A stretch of 51,134 bases of DNA from Tubiluchus corallicola (GCA_030141605.1 JAQGDQ010001264.1:1-51134), one strand, 5' to 3'. Counted from the stretch's first letter, positions 24,301-37,225 are shown. Notes: generated by a model from the letters alone, not told the origin. A program made the numbers and translations.

Positions 24301-25365
24301 GCATTTCTCATAACAGTATAACATATACTGACAATACATAGCTGCAGCTAATGTCCCGTAAGAACAGCTACATGTAGACGAGTCAAAAATAACGCACGCT
24401 GATTGGGCATTTTTCATAACAGTATAACATATACTGACAATACATAGCTGCTGCTAATGTCCCGAAAGAACAGCTACACGTAGACAAGTAAAAAATAACG
24501 CACACTGATTGGGCATTTCTCATAACAGAATAACATATACTGACAATACATAGCTGCGACTAGTGTCCCGTAAGAACAGCTACACGTAGACGAGTCAAAA
24601 ATAACGCACACTGATTGGGCATTTTTCATAACAGTATAACATATACCGGCAAAACATAGCTGCAGTTAATGTCCCAAAAGAACAGCTACACGTAGATGAG
24701 TAAAAAACAACGCACATTGATTGGGCATTTCTCATAACAGAATAACATATACTGGCAATACATAGCTGCAGTTAATGTCCCGTAAGAACAGCTACATGTA
24801 GACGAGTCAAAAATAACGCATGTTGATTGGGCATTTTTCAATAACAGTATAACATACTGGCAATACATAGCTGCAGTTAATGTCCCGTAAGAACAGCTAC
24901 ACGTAGACGAGTCAAAAACAACGCATGTTGATTGGGCATTTTTCATAACAGTATAACATATACTGGCAATACATAGCTGAGGCTAATGTCCCGAAAGAAC
25001 AGTTACACGTAGACGAGTCAAAAACAACGCATGTTGATTGGGCATTTTTCAATAACAGTATAACATATACTGGCAATACATAGCTGAGGCTAATGTCCCG
25101 AAAGAACAGTTACACATAGACGAGTCAAAAACAACGCATGTTGATTGGGCATTTTTCATAACAGTATAACATATACTGGCAATACATAGCTGAGGCTAAT
25201 GTCCCGAAAGAACAGTTACACGTAGACGAGTCAAAAACAACGCATGTTGATTGGGCATTTTTCAATAACAGTATAACATATACTGGCAATACATAGCTGA
25301 GGCTAATGTCCCGAAAGAACAGCTACACGTAGATGAGTAAAAAATAACGCATGCTGATTGGGCCG
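24301..25365. repeat. 106-bp tandem repeat (~10 copies)
   Basis: gcattt(c/t)tcataacag at 24301, 24407, 24513...; each unit ends in tgattggg. Confidence 0.92.
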
Positions 25366-25552
25366 TTGCCAGAGCTTGACTGAGCATGATCAACATTTTG
25401 CTTCATTTTAATTAAACGTATGCCACACGAAATACTTGCTTTTGATGCCAGACGATAAAGCAACACTTAAACACATTCTCCGCATTTTGTAAATATCCGG
25501 CCTTACAGAGCTTTTGCCAAAAAAAATTCAATTGAAATAGTTCGCGAAGCAG

Positions 25553-26433
25553 ATTAGGATTAGGATTAGGATCAGGGTTATAATTGGAATTAGAGTTAAA
25601 GATAGGGTTAGGGTTAGAGATGGGTTAGGGATAGGGTTAGAGGTGGGTCACAGATAAGGTTGGGGTTAAGGTTAGGAGTTAGTATAGGGTTAGGGTTAGA
25701 GATGGGTTAGGGATAGGGTTAGAGGTGGGTCACAGATAGGGTTGAGGTTAAAGTTAGGAGTTAGGATAGGGTTAGGATTAGAGATGGGATAGGGATAGGG
25801 TTAGAGGTGGGTCACAGATAAGGTTGGGGTTAAGGTTAGGAGTAAAGATAGGGTTAGGATTAGAGATGGGTTAGGGATAGGGTTAGAGGTGGGTCACAGA
25901 TAGGGTTGAGGTTAAAGTTAGGAGTTAGGATAGGGTTAGGATTAGAGATGGGATAGGGATAGGGTTAGAGGTGGGTCACAGATAGGGTTGAGGTTAAGGT
26001 TAGGAGTAAAGATAGGGTTGGGGTTAGAGATGGGTTAGGGATAGGGTTAGAGGAAGGTCACAGATAGGGTTGAGGTTAAAGTTAGGAGTTAGGATAGGGT
26101 TAGGATTAGAGATGGGATAGGGATAGGGTTAGAGGAGGGTCACAGATAGGGTTGAGGTTAAGGTTAGGAGTAAAGATAGGGTTGGGGTTAGAGATGGGTT
26201 AGGGATAGGGTTAGAGGAGGGTCACAGATAGGGTTGAGGTTAAAGTTAGGAGTTAGGATAGGGTTAGGATTAGACATGGGATAGGGATAGGGTTAGAGGA
26301 GGGTCACAGATAGGCTTGGGGTTAAGGTTAGGAGTAAGCATAGGGTTAGGATTAGAGATGGGATAGGGATAGGGTTAGAGGTGGGTCACAGATAGGTTGG
26401 GGTTAGGGATAGGGTTAGACTTAGGATTAGGGT
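25553..26433 (+). repeat. Degenerate telomere-like (TTAGGG-derived) array with a ~72-73-bp superperiod
   Basis: gatagggttagggttagagatgggttagggatagggttagaggtgggtcaca blocks. Confidence 0.88.
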
Positions 26434-27099
26434 ACATAAATTGTGCGGGAATTGTAAGCTCATTCGAAAAATTTAATGTAATTACAGCAGACTTAAGTAG
26501 AAATAGGCCAGACTTAAGCAGAAATACGACTATGATTACCAGCATCACTGTAAATCATGCTAATCACCATTGTTAACAGTAACTGTAACTTCGCAATGCA
26601 AAAAATTAAATATCTGTAACGTAGTTTATTCCAGGGGTTAACTGCCATGTTGTCCACTGATTCACATGATTACCCAGGCCCACTAAACCAGGGAGTCGTC
26701 TGCTTCGACGTTTCACAAAATTTCGTACAACTCACCCCTGTAAAATATACAATGAATCATTTACCTCATGTAGATCATTGGCAAGAGCTACATATTGTAC
26801 ATGTCTGTAACAGGACCGGTACCTACACAAGCATCAAGGATAATCCGCAAACATACTGAACCTGCAACTGTGCCTCAGCCTTGTTGGGATGAGTATGCAT
26901 CATTTCTCACTTGGGTAAATAGACCAAAGCAGCAGAGCAGATGCAGAATTTATTTTCCGACTATCACCCACTCGCATAATAACCAGGCCCTTCATTGTTT
27001 AACTTCGTAGCAAAACGTACATCGCCACAACTTAGTCATTTGGCTTAGAAGACTATAGCATGCGAAACTGAGTTTTTTGCTTTGACATTTGACTTAAGT

Positions 27100-27230
27100 G
27101 TGTGTGCTTTTTCCCATGCTGGTTCAACTGTTAGGGACAGCCTTTCAAAGAATATTAGAAGCTGTTATCATATAATTACATTTGAAAAATTGCCAAAGGC
27201 ACGTCTTTTTAGATTAAAGTATGGAAATTG
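27100..27230 (+). mobile_element. L2-like LINE 3' remnant
   Basis: Reads AFSHAGSTV-DSL-KNIRSC...FEKL-KA-LF. Confidence 0.5.
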
Positions 27231-27429
27231 AATGGGATTTTAATTTTGCCTGCATTTTGCTAACTAGATTTTATATTGATTTTTTTTATTTAAAATTTTA
27301 AGGTTTTTCAATAAAGTGCGTATTATAGTTTTAGTTTATAGAGTTTATAGTTTTATGATTTATTTTAGACTTTGTAAGATCTTTGGTTGTAAAGTGCAAA
27401 TGCGGTATTTTTATATTTGGGGCGCTATA

Positions 27430-28005
27430 TAAATGATGATGATGATTATATGATAATGATGATGACGATGATGGTGATGATGACGATGATGATAATGATG
27501 ATGATGAAGACGATGATGGTGACGATGACGATGATGATAATGGTGATGATGATGATGATGATGATGATAATGGTGATATGACAATGATGATGACGATGAT
27601 GATGACATAATGACGATAATAATGATGATGATGATGGTGATGATGATGATGCTGCTTGATGATGATGATGATGATAATGATACTGATGATGCTGATGATG
27701 CTGTTACTGCTGCTAGATGATGATGATGCTGTTGCTGCTGCTTGATGATGACAATGATGCTGATGATGCTACTACTGCTGCTGCTTGATGATAACAATGA
27801 TACTGATGATGATGCTGCTGCTGCTTGACGATGATAATGATGCACCTGCTTGATGATGCTGCTGCTGCTGCTGCTGCTGCTTGATGATGACAATGATGCT
27901 GATGATGATGCTGCTGCTGCTTGACGATGATAATGATGCCACTGCTTGATGCTGCTGCTGCTGCTGCTGCTTGATGATGACGATGACAATGATAATGATA
28001 ATAAT
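27430..28005. repeat. (GAT)n/(GCT)n compound microsatellite
   Basis: Directly visible. Confidence 0.9.
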
Positions 28006-28513
28006 GTATTTTAAAAACACAGAACCTGCCTCAAGGCCATCAAAATCAAACCACTGGTAAAGGGTTAAGCAGCATAATCTGTGTTACTGAGCAATATTTA
28101 AACTGAACAAACAAAAACGACAGTAACAATACAACGTTAGCAAACTGCACACTTCACACACACACCTAATCATTTCCAGCTAAAATAAAAAAAACCAGGT
28201 TTTGTGAGTTTTGTTCAATCGAGCCAAGAATCCAAGGCAAGAGTTATTAAATCAGATTTTGAGGGGATAGACAGGTTTTATTACAGGAAATGCTTGTTTG
28301 ATGTGATTTTCTGCATCATGAAAGTTTAAATATTTTTCATAAATCAGTGGTTGCGATGAAAACGCATTATTATAGTTAAGATGGCAAAAGACAACAATGT
28401 TTAGAGGTAACAAAACTGTTTGAGAATGAAATGAGAAAAAGGGCAAAGAAAGATCAAACAGAAACAAAACATACTGAACACGTTCTACAAGAAGCAGTAA
28501 ATAAGAAAGAGTA

Positions 28514-29001
28514 TTAAAGAAAGACAGGATGATTTTCGACATACTACCCCATTTTCAAGTCTGATAAAAAGTACACATTTTAACACATTTAATACTGCAA
28601 AAGCATTTCTGATAATTAAATAATAGATTAAGAATTTAATTAATGGCGGGCGAGCCCAACTGTTGACGACATCACAAACTGCCTGTAATAAGAAAGTTGA
28701 GTTTAAGCTTTAGATTTGTCAAGCTTTTTAAGCATCACACTAAATGCTGTACAGTAGCACTGTACTTCCATTTCTGCTTTCGCAAAAACAGTGCAACACG
28801 CTGTTGGAATGTTTGTGCTGCGAAAAATTATGTTCAGTTGTGATGTCATCACTAATTGGGCTTGGTCGCCATGAATTAAGGTTTTAGGCTATTATTTAAT
28901 TATCAGAAACACCTTGGCATTATTGTAAGTGTTAAATTGTATAACTTATACTGTACTTCAAAATTGGGTAGTATATGAAAAATCAAACTGTCTTCTTTTA
29001 G
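28514..29001. mobile_element. TTAA-type foldback MITE (Kolobok-like), family K1
   Basis: ~170-bp imperfect inverted arms starting TTAA-AGAAAGACAGGATGATTTTC; related ends at 36706 and 50277. Confidence 0.75.
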
Positions 29002-29091
29002 CTCTCAATAGCTTGTAGATGGGGAGTACAGAATAAACAAAGGCTAGAGTTTAAAATTCTCCACATGTTAGAAACAAACTCATGAAGCGGA

Positions 29092-29470
29092 CTAGGGTTA
29101 GTGTTAGAATTCGTGTTAGGGTTGGGGTTAGGTTAGGATTAGGGTTAGGGTTGGCTTAGGATTAGGGTTAGGATTAGATTTATGGTTGGAGCTAGGTTGG
29201 GGTTGGGTTAGGTCAGAATTAGGGTTCTGGATTGTGTTAGCTTAGGGTTAGGTTAGGATTAGATTTCTGCTTGGAGTTAGGTTGGAGTTGGGTTAGGATT
29301 AGGGTTAGGTTAGGATTAGGATTAGATTTCTGGTTGGAGCTAGGCGGGGGTTGGGCTAGGATTAGGGTTAGGTTAGGATTAGATTTCTGGTTGGAGCTAG
29401 ATTGGGGTTGGGTTAGGAATAGATTTCTGGTTGGAGCTAGGCGGGGGTTGGGCTAGGATTAGGGTTCGGG
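29092..29470 (+). repeat. Degenerate telomere-like array
   Basis: ggttaggattagggttagg... with gatttctggttggagctag subunits. Confidence 0.85.
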
Positions 29471-29700
29471 TTATTTAAATTGTGTGGGGAATTGTAAACT
29501 CCTTCCGAAACAAGTAACACTAGAAAACAATTCATTACATATTGTTGAAACAGTTGCAATTACATCATAAATTTCAACACGAATTCTCTGTGTGTAATTT
29601 TCCTCTTCAACATACTTTAATGGCCTATTTAACCCCAACAGACACTGAGGAATTTATAGTTATTATTAAACAAGAGAAACTTATAAGTTAAATAACTTAC

Positions 29701-29761
29701 GTTTTTCTGGCGAAGTTTGAACGCGTGCTTTGCTGTAAAGATCGCCATGTTTCGAATCCAT
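29701..29761 (-). CDS. Putative first exon of an unidentified gene
   Basis: Minus strand acttccgccATGGATTCGAAACATGGCG...AAAAC|gtaagt: Kozak-like ATG (MDSKHGDLYSKARVQTSPEK; alternative ATG at 29748 gives MAIFTAKHAFKLRQKN) and a consensus donor. Downstream exons not identified. Confidence 0.5.
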
Positions 29762-32592
29762 GGCGGAAGTGAGCGAGAATGACGTACAAGGTACAGAAAG
29801 AGTCTTTAGTCACGATGTTTGTTTATCGATCTTTAGCGACCTCGTGACTGTGCACATTACGTCATTCGTCTCGCGACCTCGTGACTGTGCTCATTACGTC
29901 ATTCGTCTTGCGACCTCGTGACTGTACTCATTACGTCATTCGTCTCGCGCCCTAGTGACTGTACTCATTACGTCATTCGTCTTGCGACCTCGTGACTGTA
30001 CTCATTACGTCATTCGTCTCGCGACCTCGTGACTGTACTCATTACGTCATTCGTCTCGCGACCTCGTGACTGTGCACATTACGTCATTCGTCTTGCGACC
30101 TCGTGACTGTACTCATTACGTCATTCGTCCCGCGCCCTAGTGACTGTGCACATTACGTCATTCGTCTCGCGCCCTCGTGACTGTACTCATTACGTCATTC
30201 GTCTCGCGACCTCGTGACTGTACTCATTACGTCATTCGTCTTGCGACCTCGTGACTGTACTCATTACGTCATTCGTCTCGCGACCTCGTGACTGTGCTCA
30301 TTACGTCATTCGTCCCGCGACCTCGTGACTGTACTCATTACGTCATTCGTCCCGCGACCTCGTGACTGCACACATTACGTCATTCGTCTTGCGACCTCGT
30401 GACTGTACTCATTACGTCATTCGTCTTGCGACCTCGTGACTGTACTCATTACGTCATTCGTCTCGCGACCTCGTGACTGTGCACATTACGTCATTCGTCT
30501 TGCGACCTCGTGACTGTGCTCATTACGTCATTCGTCTTGCGACCTCGTGACTGTACTCATTACGTCATTCGTCTCGCGACCTCGTGACTGTGCACATTAC
30601 GTCATTCGTCTTGCGACCTCGTGACTGTGCTCATTACGTCATTCGTCTCGCGCCCTCGTGACTGTGCACATTACGTCATTCGTCTTGCGACCTCGTGACT
30701 GTACTCATTACGTCATTCGTCTCGCGCCCTCGTGACTGTACTCATTACGTCATTCGTCTCGCGCCCTCGTGACTGTACTCATTACGTCATTCGTCTCGCG
30801 ACCTCGTGACTGTGCTCATTACGTCATTCGTCTTGCGACCTCGTGACTGTGCTCATTACGTCATTCGTCTTGCGACCTCGTGACTGTACTCATTACGTCA
30901 TTCGTCTTGCGACCTCGTGACTGTACTCATTACGTCATTCGTCCCGCGCCCTAGTGACTGTGCACATTACGTCATTCGTCTTGCGACCTCGTGACTGTAC
31001 TCATTACGTCATTCGTCTTGCGACCTCGTAACTGTACTCATTACGTCATTCGTCTCGCGACCTCGTGACTGTACTCATTACGTCATTCGTCTTGCGACCT
31101 CGTGACTGTACTCATTACGTCATTCGTCCCGCGCCCTAGTGACTGTACTCATTACGTCATTCGTCCCGCGCCCTAGTGACTGTACACATTACGTCATTCG
31201 TCTTGCGACCTCGTGACTGTACTCATTACGTCATTCGTCTCGCGACCTCGTGACTGTACACATTACGTCATTCGTCTTGCGACCTCGTGACTGTACTCAT
31301 TACGTCATTCGTCTTGCGACCTCGTGACTGTACTCATTACGTCATTCGTCTCGCGACCTCGTGACTGTACACATTACGTCATTCGTCTCGCGCCCTCGTG
31401 ACTGTACTCATTACGTCATTCGTCTCGCGACCTCATGACTGCACACATTACGTCATTCGTGTTGCGACCTCGTGACTGTACTCATTACGTCATTCGTCTC
31501 GCGCCCTCGTGACTGTACTCATTACGTCATTCGTCTCGCGACCTCGTGACTGTGCACATTACGTCATTCGTCTTGCGACCTCGTGACTGTACTCATTACG
31601 TCATTCGTCTCGCGCCCTCGTGACTGTACTCATTACGTCATTCGTCCCGCGCCCTAGTGACTGTGCACATTACGTCATTCGTCTTGCGACCTCGTGACTG
31701 TACTCATTACGTCATTCGTCTCGCGACCTCGTGACTGTACTCATTACGTCATTCGTCTTGCGACCTCGTGACTGTACTCATTACGTCATTCGTCTTGCGA
31801 CCTCGTGACTGTACTCATTACGTCATTCGTCTCGCGACCTCGTGACTGTACACATTACGTCATTCGTCTCGCGCCCTCGTGACTGTACTCATTACGTCAT
31901 TCGTCTCGCGACCTCATGACTGCACACATTACGTCATTCGTGTTGCGACCTCGTGACTGTACTCATTACGTCATTCGTCTCGCGCCCTCGTGACTGTGCA
32001 CATTACGTCATTCGTCTTGCGACCTCGTGACTGTACTCATTACGTCATTCGTCTCGCGCCCTCGTGACTGTACTCATTACGTCATTCGTCTCGCGACCTC
32101 GTGACTGTACTCATTACGTCATTCGTCTCGCGACCTCGTGACTGTACTCATTACGTCATTCGTCTCGCGCCTTCGTGACTGTACTCATTACGTCATTCGT
32201 CTCGCGACCTCGTGACTGTACTCATTACGTCATTCGTCTCGCGACCTCGTGACTGTGCACATTACGTCATTCGTCTTGCGACCTCGTGACTGCACACATT
32301 ACGTCATTCGTCTCGCGACCTCGTGACTGTACTCATTACGTCATTCGTCTCGCGACCTCATGACTGCACACATTACGTCATTCGTGTTGCGACCTCGTGA
32401 CTGTACTCATTACGTCATTCGTCTCGCGCCCTCGTGACTGTACTCATTACGTCATTCGTCTCGCGACCTCGTGACTGTACTCATTACGTCATTCGTCTCG
32501 CGACCTCGTGACTGTACTCATTACGTCATTCGTCTCGCGCCTTCGTGACTGTACTCATTACGTCATTTGTCGCTCAACAAAAATGGCGATTC
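29740..32592. promoter_or_regulatory. Putative bidirectional promoter expanded by a tandem array
   Basis: ETS-like GCGGAAGT (29763), YY1-like AANATGGCG pointing outward on both sides (~29743-29751 minus; ~32580-32588 plus), TTACGTCA in every unit, outward GTAAGT donors at 29700 (-) and 32652 (+). Confidence 0.55.
29836..32570. repeat. 37-bp CpG-rich tandem array (~74 copies)
   Basis: Unit gcgacctcgtgactgtactcattacgtcattcgtctc; ctcgtg at 29841, 29878... Confidence 0.96.
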
Positions 32593-32651
32593 TTCAAATC
32601 TTATACCGCTGACAACGAAGTGATAAAAAATCAAAAGAAGCAAGCTTTACA
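32570..32651 (+). other. Putative first (5' UTR/uORF) exon of a plus-strand transcript
   Basis: caaaaATGGCG start (short ORF MAILQILYR*), then ca|gtaagt at 32652. Confidence 0.4.
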
Positions 32652-33069
32652 GTAAGTTTATAATAAAAATTGCATATTCGTAATAAGAGTAGGACTTAAA
32701 TTGTAAACGTGAGGGTTTGCATTGACTTTAACTACGACAAAGCAGCTAATATCAAGTATTTGAATAGCCATCTACATGTACAGTTGCAATGCCATGTATT
32801 CTATTGTTGAAATTGGTAAAACTTACTCCTGCGGCTGACGTTGAGCTACATCATCGAATGTCGTTGATTGTCGAATCTACAGATAAAAAATATTAAGAAA
32901 TCAGCGGTTTGGAGGCCTGAAATATTTTATCTCTACACAAGTGTCAACTAGAAAGCAGGGCTTGATTAAGGGTTTTCAAGAGCCTAAGGCTAACTCCCTC
33001 TACCCAGGTATCAACTACAAAGCAGGGCTCGATTAAGGGTTTCATGGGCCTAAGGCTATCAACAAATAA

Positions 33070-33430
33070 AGGGTTAGGTTAGGATTACATTTCTGGTTGG
33101 AGATAGGTTGGGGTTGGGTTAGGATTAGGGTTAGGTTAGGTTTAGGGTTCTGGTTGGAGCTAGGTTGGGGTTGGATTAGGATTAGGGCTAGGTTAGGATT
33201 AGATTTCTGGTTGGAGGTAGGTTGGGGTTGGATTAGGATTAGGGTTAGGTTAGGATTAGATTTCTGGTTGGAGCTAGATTGGGGTTGGATTAGGATTAGA
33301 TTTCTGGTTGGATTAGGATTAGAGCTAGGTTAGGATTCGATTTCTCAATGGAGCTAGGTCAGGGTTGGATTAGGATTAGGGTTAGGTTAGGATTAGATTT
33401 CTGGTTGGAGATAGGTTGGGGTTGGGTTAT
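33070..33430 (+). repeat. Degenerate telomere-like array (same subtype as 29092-29470)
   Basis: Shares the ggttaggattagatttctggttggagctag subunit. Confidence 0.85.
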
Positions 33431-34313
33431 AGATTACTATATTTGGTTAGACTATACGATTACACGACCCTCACTGCTACATGCATTAAATTAGAAATGT
33501 TAGAAATGTTGTTCGATACATACCAGCAAGTAATCCAACTCGATGTTCTGTATGTCCAAGTAACCAACTAAAACGTAACAAATAAACTGTTAGTTCAAAA
33601 CAAAAGGACAACATCCTGTTAGACATAGAACATTTACTTTCTCCAATTAGTTCAACATCAAACGTTTTTTAAATATTAAGTAATTATAATCATGGAGCAG
33701 GGCAGGGAAGGACCATAGGGTCATCTAGTCTCCTGCCCTTTCTTATAAATAGATTAGTATATTAAAAATTAACGGTGATGCTGCAGATCACAAAAACAAA
33801 AACAAATAAGAAAATAATAATAATTAAAACAGTATAAATGATTCAAATTATCTAAAAAGAACTGAAAACAAAAAAAATAATAAAGTTAGATACCCAAATC
33901 TAAACAAAACAATACAATTATTCAGTAATTAGGATTATTATATGTAGTAGTTTCAAATGGGGTCTTATTAACAGGGGAATTTGACCAAAGTTAGTGAGTA
34001 AAGTTAAAAACTGAGAGTATGGAAAGAAAAAATAAGCATCAAAAAGTGTAATATAGAAAAATTTATGAGAAAAAGTAAGTATGAGAAAGAGCAACAATTA
34101 CTTAGGAGATGAGGAGAAAAAAAGAAAAGAAAAAAACTTGCTAGCTTGCTTATTAGTCTTAGTTATGTACTACAGGTATATCCATTTAGTAAGATTTTTT
34201 GTGTATTTTTTCAATAGACGTAGTTATTGATAATAATTAATAACTACAAAGCAAAGTCGAATGTCCTACAATGATGATGAATCTAATTTGCACTGCAGAG
34301 AACACAATCCAAA

Positions 34314-34589
34314 ATGGAGGAGAAACCTGAACCAAAAAAAAAACGAATTGAGAAAGATATTCAGACAAGAGTTGATAAGGCAGGAGTAGTATTAGATCTA
34401 GGGTATAGGGAACACACTGATATTGGTCTATTTTACGCACATTGTCAGCACGAAATACAGTCTTGTAAAGTGGTTTTGTGGAAAACACGTAGAAACGCAA
34501 ATCCACAGTATATTTCTTATTTCCCCAGGGCTTCCTCACCTAGGAACTCTGACCAACAACAGCACAATTTCTTCAATTTACAATTATGA
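34314..34589 (+). CDS. Possible coding start of the plus-strand gene (unknown product)
   Basis: Acceptor ctgcag at 34298, aaaATGG context, charged N-terminus with NLS-like PKKKR. True 3' boundary unknown. Confidence 0.25.
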   Translation: MEEKPEPKKKRIEKDIQTRVDKAGVVLDLGYREHTDIGLFYAHCQHEIQSCKVVLWKTRRNANPQYISYFPRASSPRNSDQQQHNFFNLQL

Positions 34590-34774
34590 CTTTTGAAAAA
34601 AAATAACAACAGATTTTCTTGCTTAGCCTCTCCAGCATAGTAGATGCTCGACTGAGCACATTCAGTTTCTTTCTAGTAAACAGTGTACTTTCATATTTGG
34701 TGCAAAGGTTTCTGCTATTGCCATGCACAAGCATTAGTCAGAGAAATAAGCATATCCAGTTTATCACACTGTTT

Positions 34775-34955
34775 AGTCCAGTTTTGTCCATTTTCCCCAC
34801 CCCACTCCAGTCCAGTCCACTTCACTCCAGTTCAGTCCATCTCACTCCATTTCACATCAATCCAGTCCAGTTGAGTTCCATCTACTTCAGTCCTATCAAG
34901 TAGATGTTAGTCCATCCTACCTCCACTTCTGGTGGACTGGAGTGTTGTGTCTGGA
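34775..34955. repeat. (TCCAN)n pentamer-rich dispersed repeat (related to 38040-38505)
   Basis: tccagtccacttcactccag...; shared ccatc(c/t)tacctccact..tggtggactg motif. Confidence 0.65.
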
Positions 34956-34956
34956 G

Positions 34957-35535
<579 letters not shown>

Positions 35536-36090
35536 AGTAACGACTATAAATAACAATCTAGAACTACATAACATAGACTATTACTACCCCACTTTTACAG
35601 GGCAACAGCAGGTAAAGTCTGTAGTATTGCATAACCGCAGCATTGAACCCACGACCTCTCAGACGAAACACGATTCCGCTAGACTAAACCGTATGGTTCG
35701 TAGCAAGAACAATAGCGCACCTGGCGGTCAACGAGCTAATCAAATCAAAATTCGTCAGTAGCGTTAAATTATAGAATTTCGATTTGTTACAAGGCTACAA
35801 AGCAATTTGTTAGGAGTTTTTTAAATTGCCTTCGCATGGATACCATCACAAGGTCGTCCTGTACTGGGAACCACAAAAATTGTTCACAATTTTATTAAAA
35901 TAACCCGTTTTGGGGATAATGTTTGAAAAGCACACTCAGTTCTGAATGGTCGATTGGAAATTGCAAAAACAACTTGAAAACTGACAGTCGGCACGACAAA
36001 GACAGACAGCATTATGTAATCCTAACCCACTGATGGCTGGAGTTGAGTTATCTTAACCCAATACTAACAGACTAAAGCAACATTTAGATT

Positions 36091-36706
36091 TTAAACCACA
36101 AGAACCCCCCCCCCCCGCCCGACTTGCATAAAGCTTAAAAATTCGTCTAGAAGTTTTATATCACTTCCATGCATGCAGGGTTTGCGTTGGTAGTAACTTG
36201 CAAACCTTGTAAAATTTAAACTCCCGCGATGATCGTTAGACGCAGCCATTTTGATGGTACGTCGTCTGAAACGAGTTTAGACAACACTGAGTAAAGTATG
36301 AAAAAATAATCAGAGCATTCGTCGCACAAATGTTACTAAGAAAGTTTTAAAATTACTGAATCTTGTCAATACAGTGCTTCAATTTTGATGGAAATTAGAA
36401 ATTTGAATTTTCATCTTAAAATTTGCCTAGTTTTAGTACAAAACGCTGAATATCTTACAGTAGCACTGTAACTTCAATTTTCGCTTTCGCAGACATATTT
36501 TTTTGGAATATTTTTACTGTTAAAAATTATGTTAGTTTGTGATGTCATCAACAGATGGTTTCACCCGCCGTTAACTAAGTTTTTAATCTATTATTCAATT
36601 ATCAGAAACGTTAAAATGTTATGTTAAAACGTTGTGTTAAAATGCATACTTTTTATCGGACTTGAAAATGGGGTAGTATATGAAAAATCACCCAGTCTTC
36701 CTTTAA
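36091..36706. mobile_element. TTAA-flanked composite MITE (K3-type left part, K1-type right part)
   Basis: 36091-36370 matches the reverse complement of ~47640-47928; 36455-36706 matches 28750-29000. Confidence 0.65.
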
Positions 36707-37225
36707 AGAGAAACTGTACAATGGCTGCAGAGGGACGTTTGATGCAGACGAACTAAACGCAAAAATTATTGAGTTTTGGAACCAAATGCTTCTTAAAGAA
36801 GTGAGAAAAAATGGTTAACTGTGACAATTCTTCAAGTTTGCAATGAAATTCTTAAACACACAGAACAAATGCTGTAAATTCTACCTATGCTGGCAATAGT
36901 GACCAGTTCACTCAAAACTTCCGCGCCATTGGTCAAAACTAAAATTTTTGGTGGTTATACACAAACGGCTGTAGCATCAGTGCGCCAAGTTCAACTGATT
37001 CCTCCTATTGTGATCAAAATTTCGGCACATTTTTTTTGCGCCACATCATATAAATAATTAATTAATTACCCGAGGATTATTTAAGACTCTGAATAAATTA
37101 TGAAAATTTCATCTGATTAATTAGAAATAAAACTAACCTTAGCAAACTAACGTCAGTTGATTTTGGAAATCCTAAATTAGTTGATGTACTATTAGGATTA
37201 AATTAAGGCTAGCTTCAGTCACAGG

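Noticed and set aside
25553-26433. True telomere or chromosome-fusion site
   Set aside because: Highly degenerate, internal, on one strand only, and has flanks shared with another copy.
26650-26990. Further exons of the minus-strand gene starting at 29761
   Set aside because: Donor- and acceptor-like sites exist, but the implied intron is only 27 nt and no frame gives a recognisable product.
27411-28020. His/Ser/Gln-rich ORFs
   Set aside because: Compound (GAT)/(GCT) microsatellite.
29836-32570. CRISPR array (37-bp repeats)
   Set aside because: Units are head-to-tail with no unique spacers, there are no cas genes, and the context is eukaryotic with introns.
35610-35700. tRNA genes (also 37226-37300 and 39555-39620)
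   Set aside because: Only B-box-like remnants; I could not fold a complete cloverleaf. Probably SINE debris.
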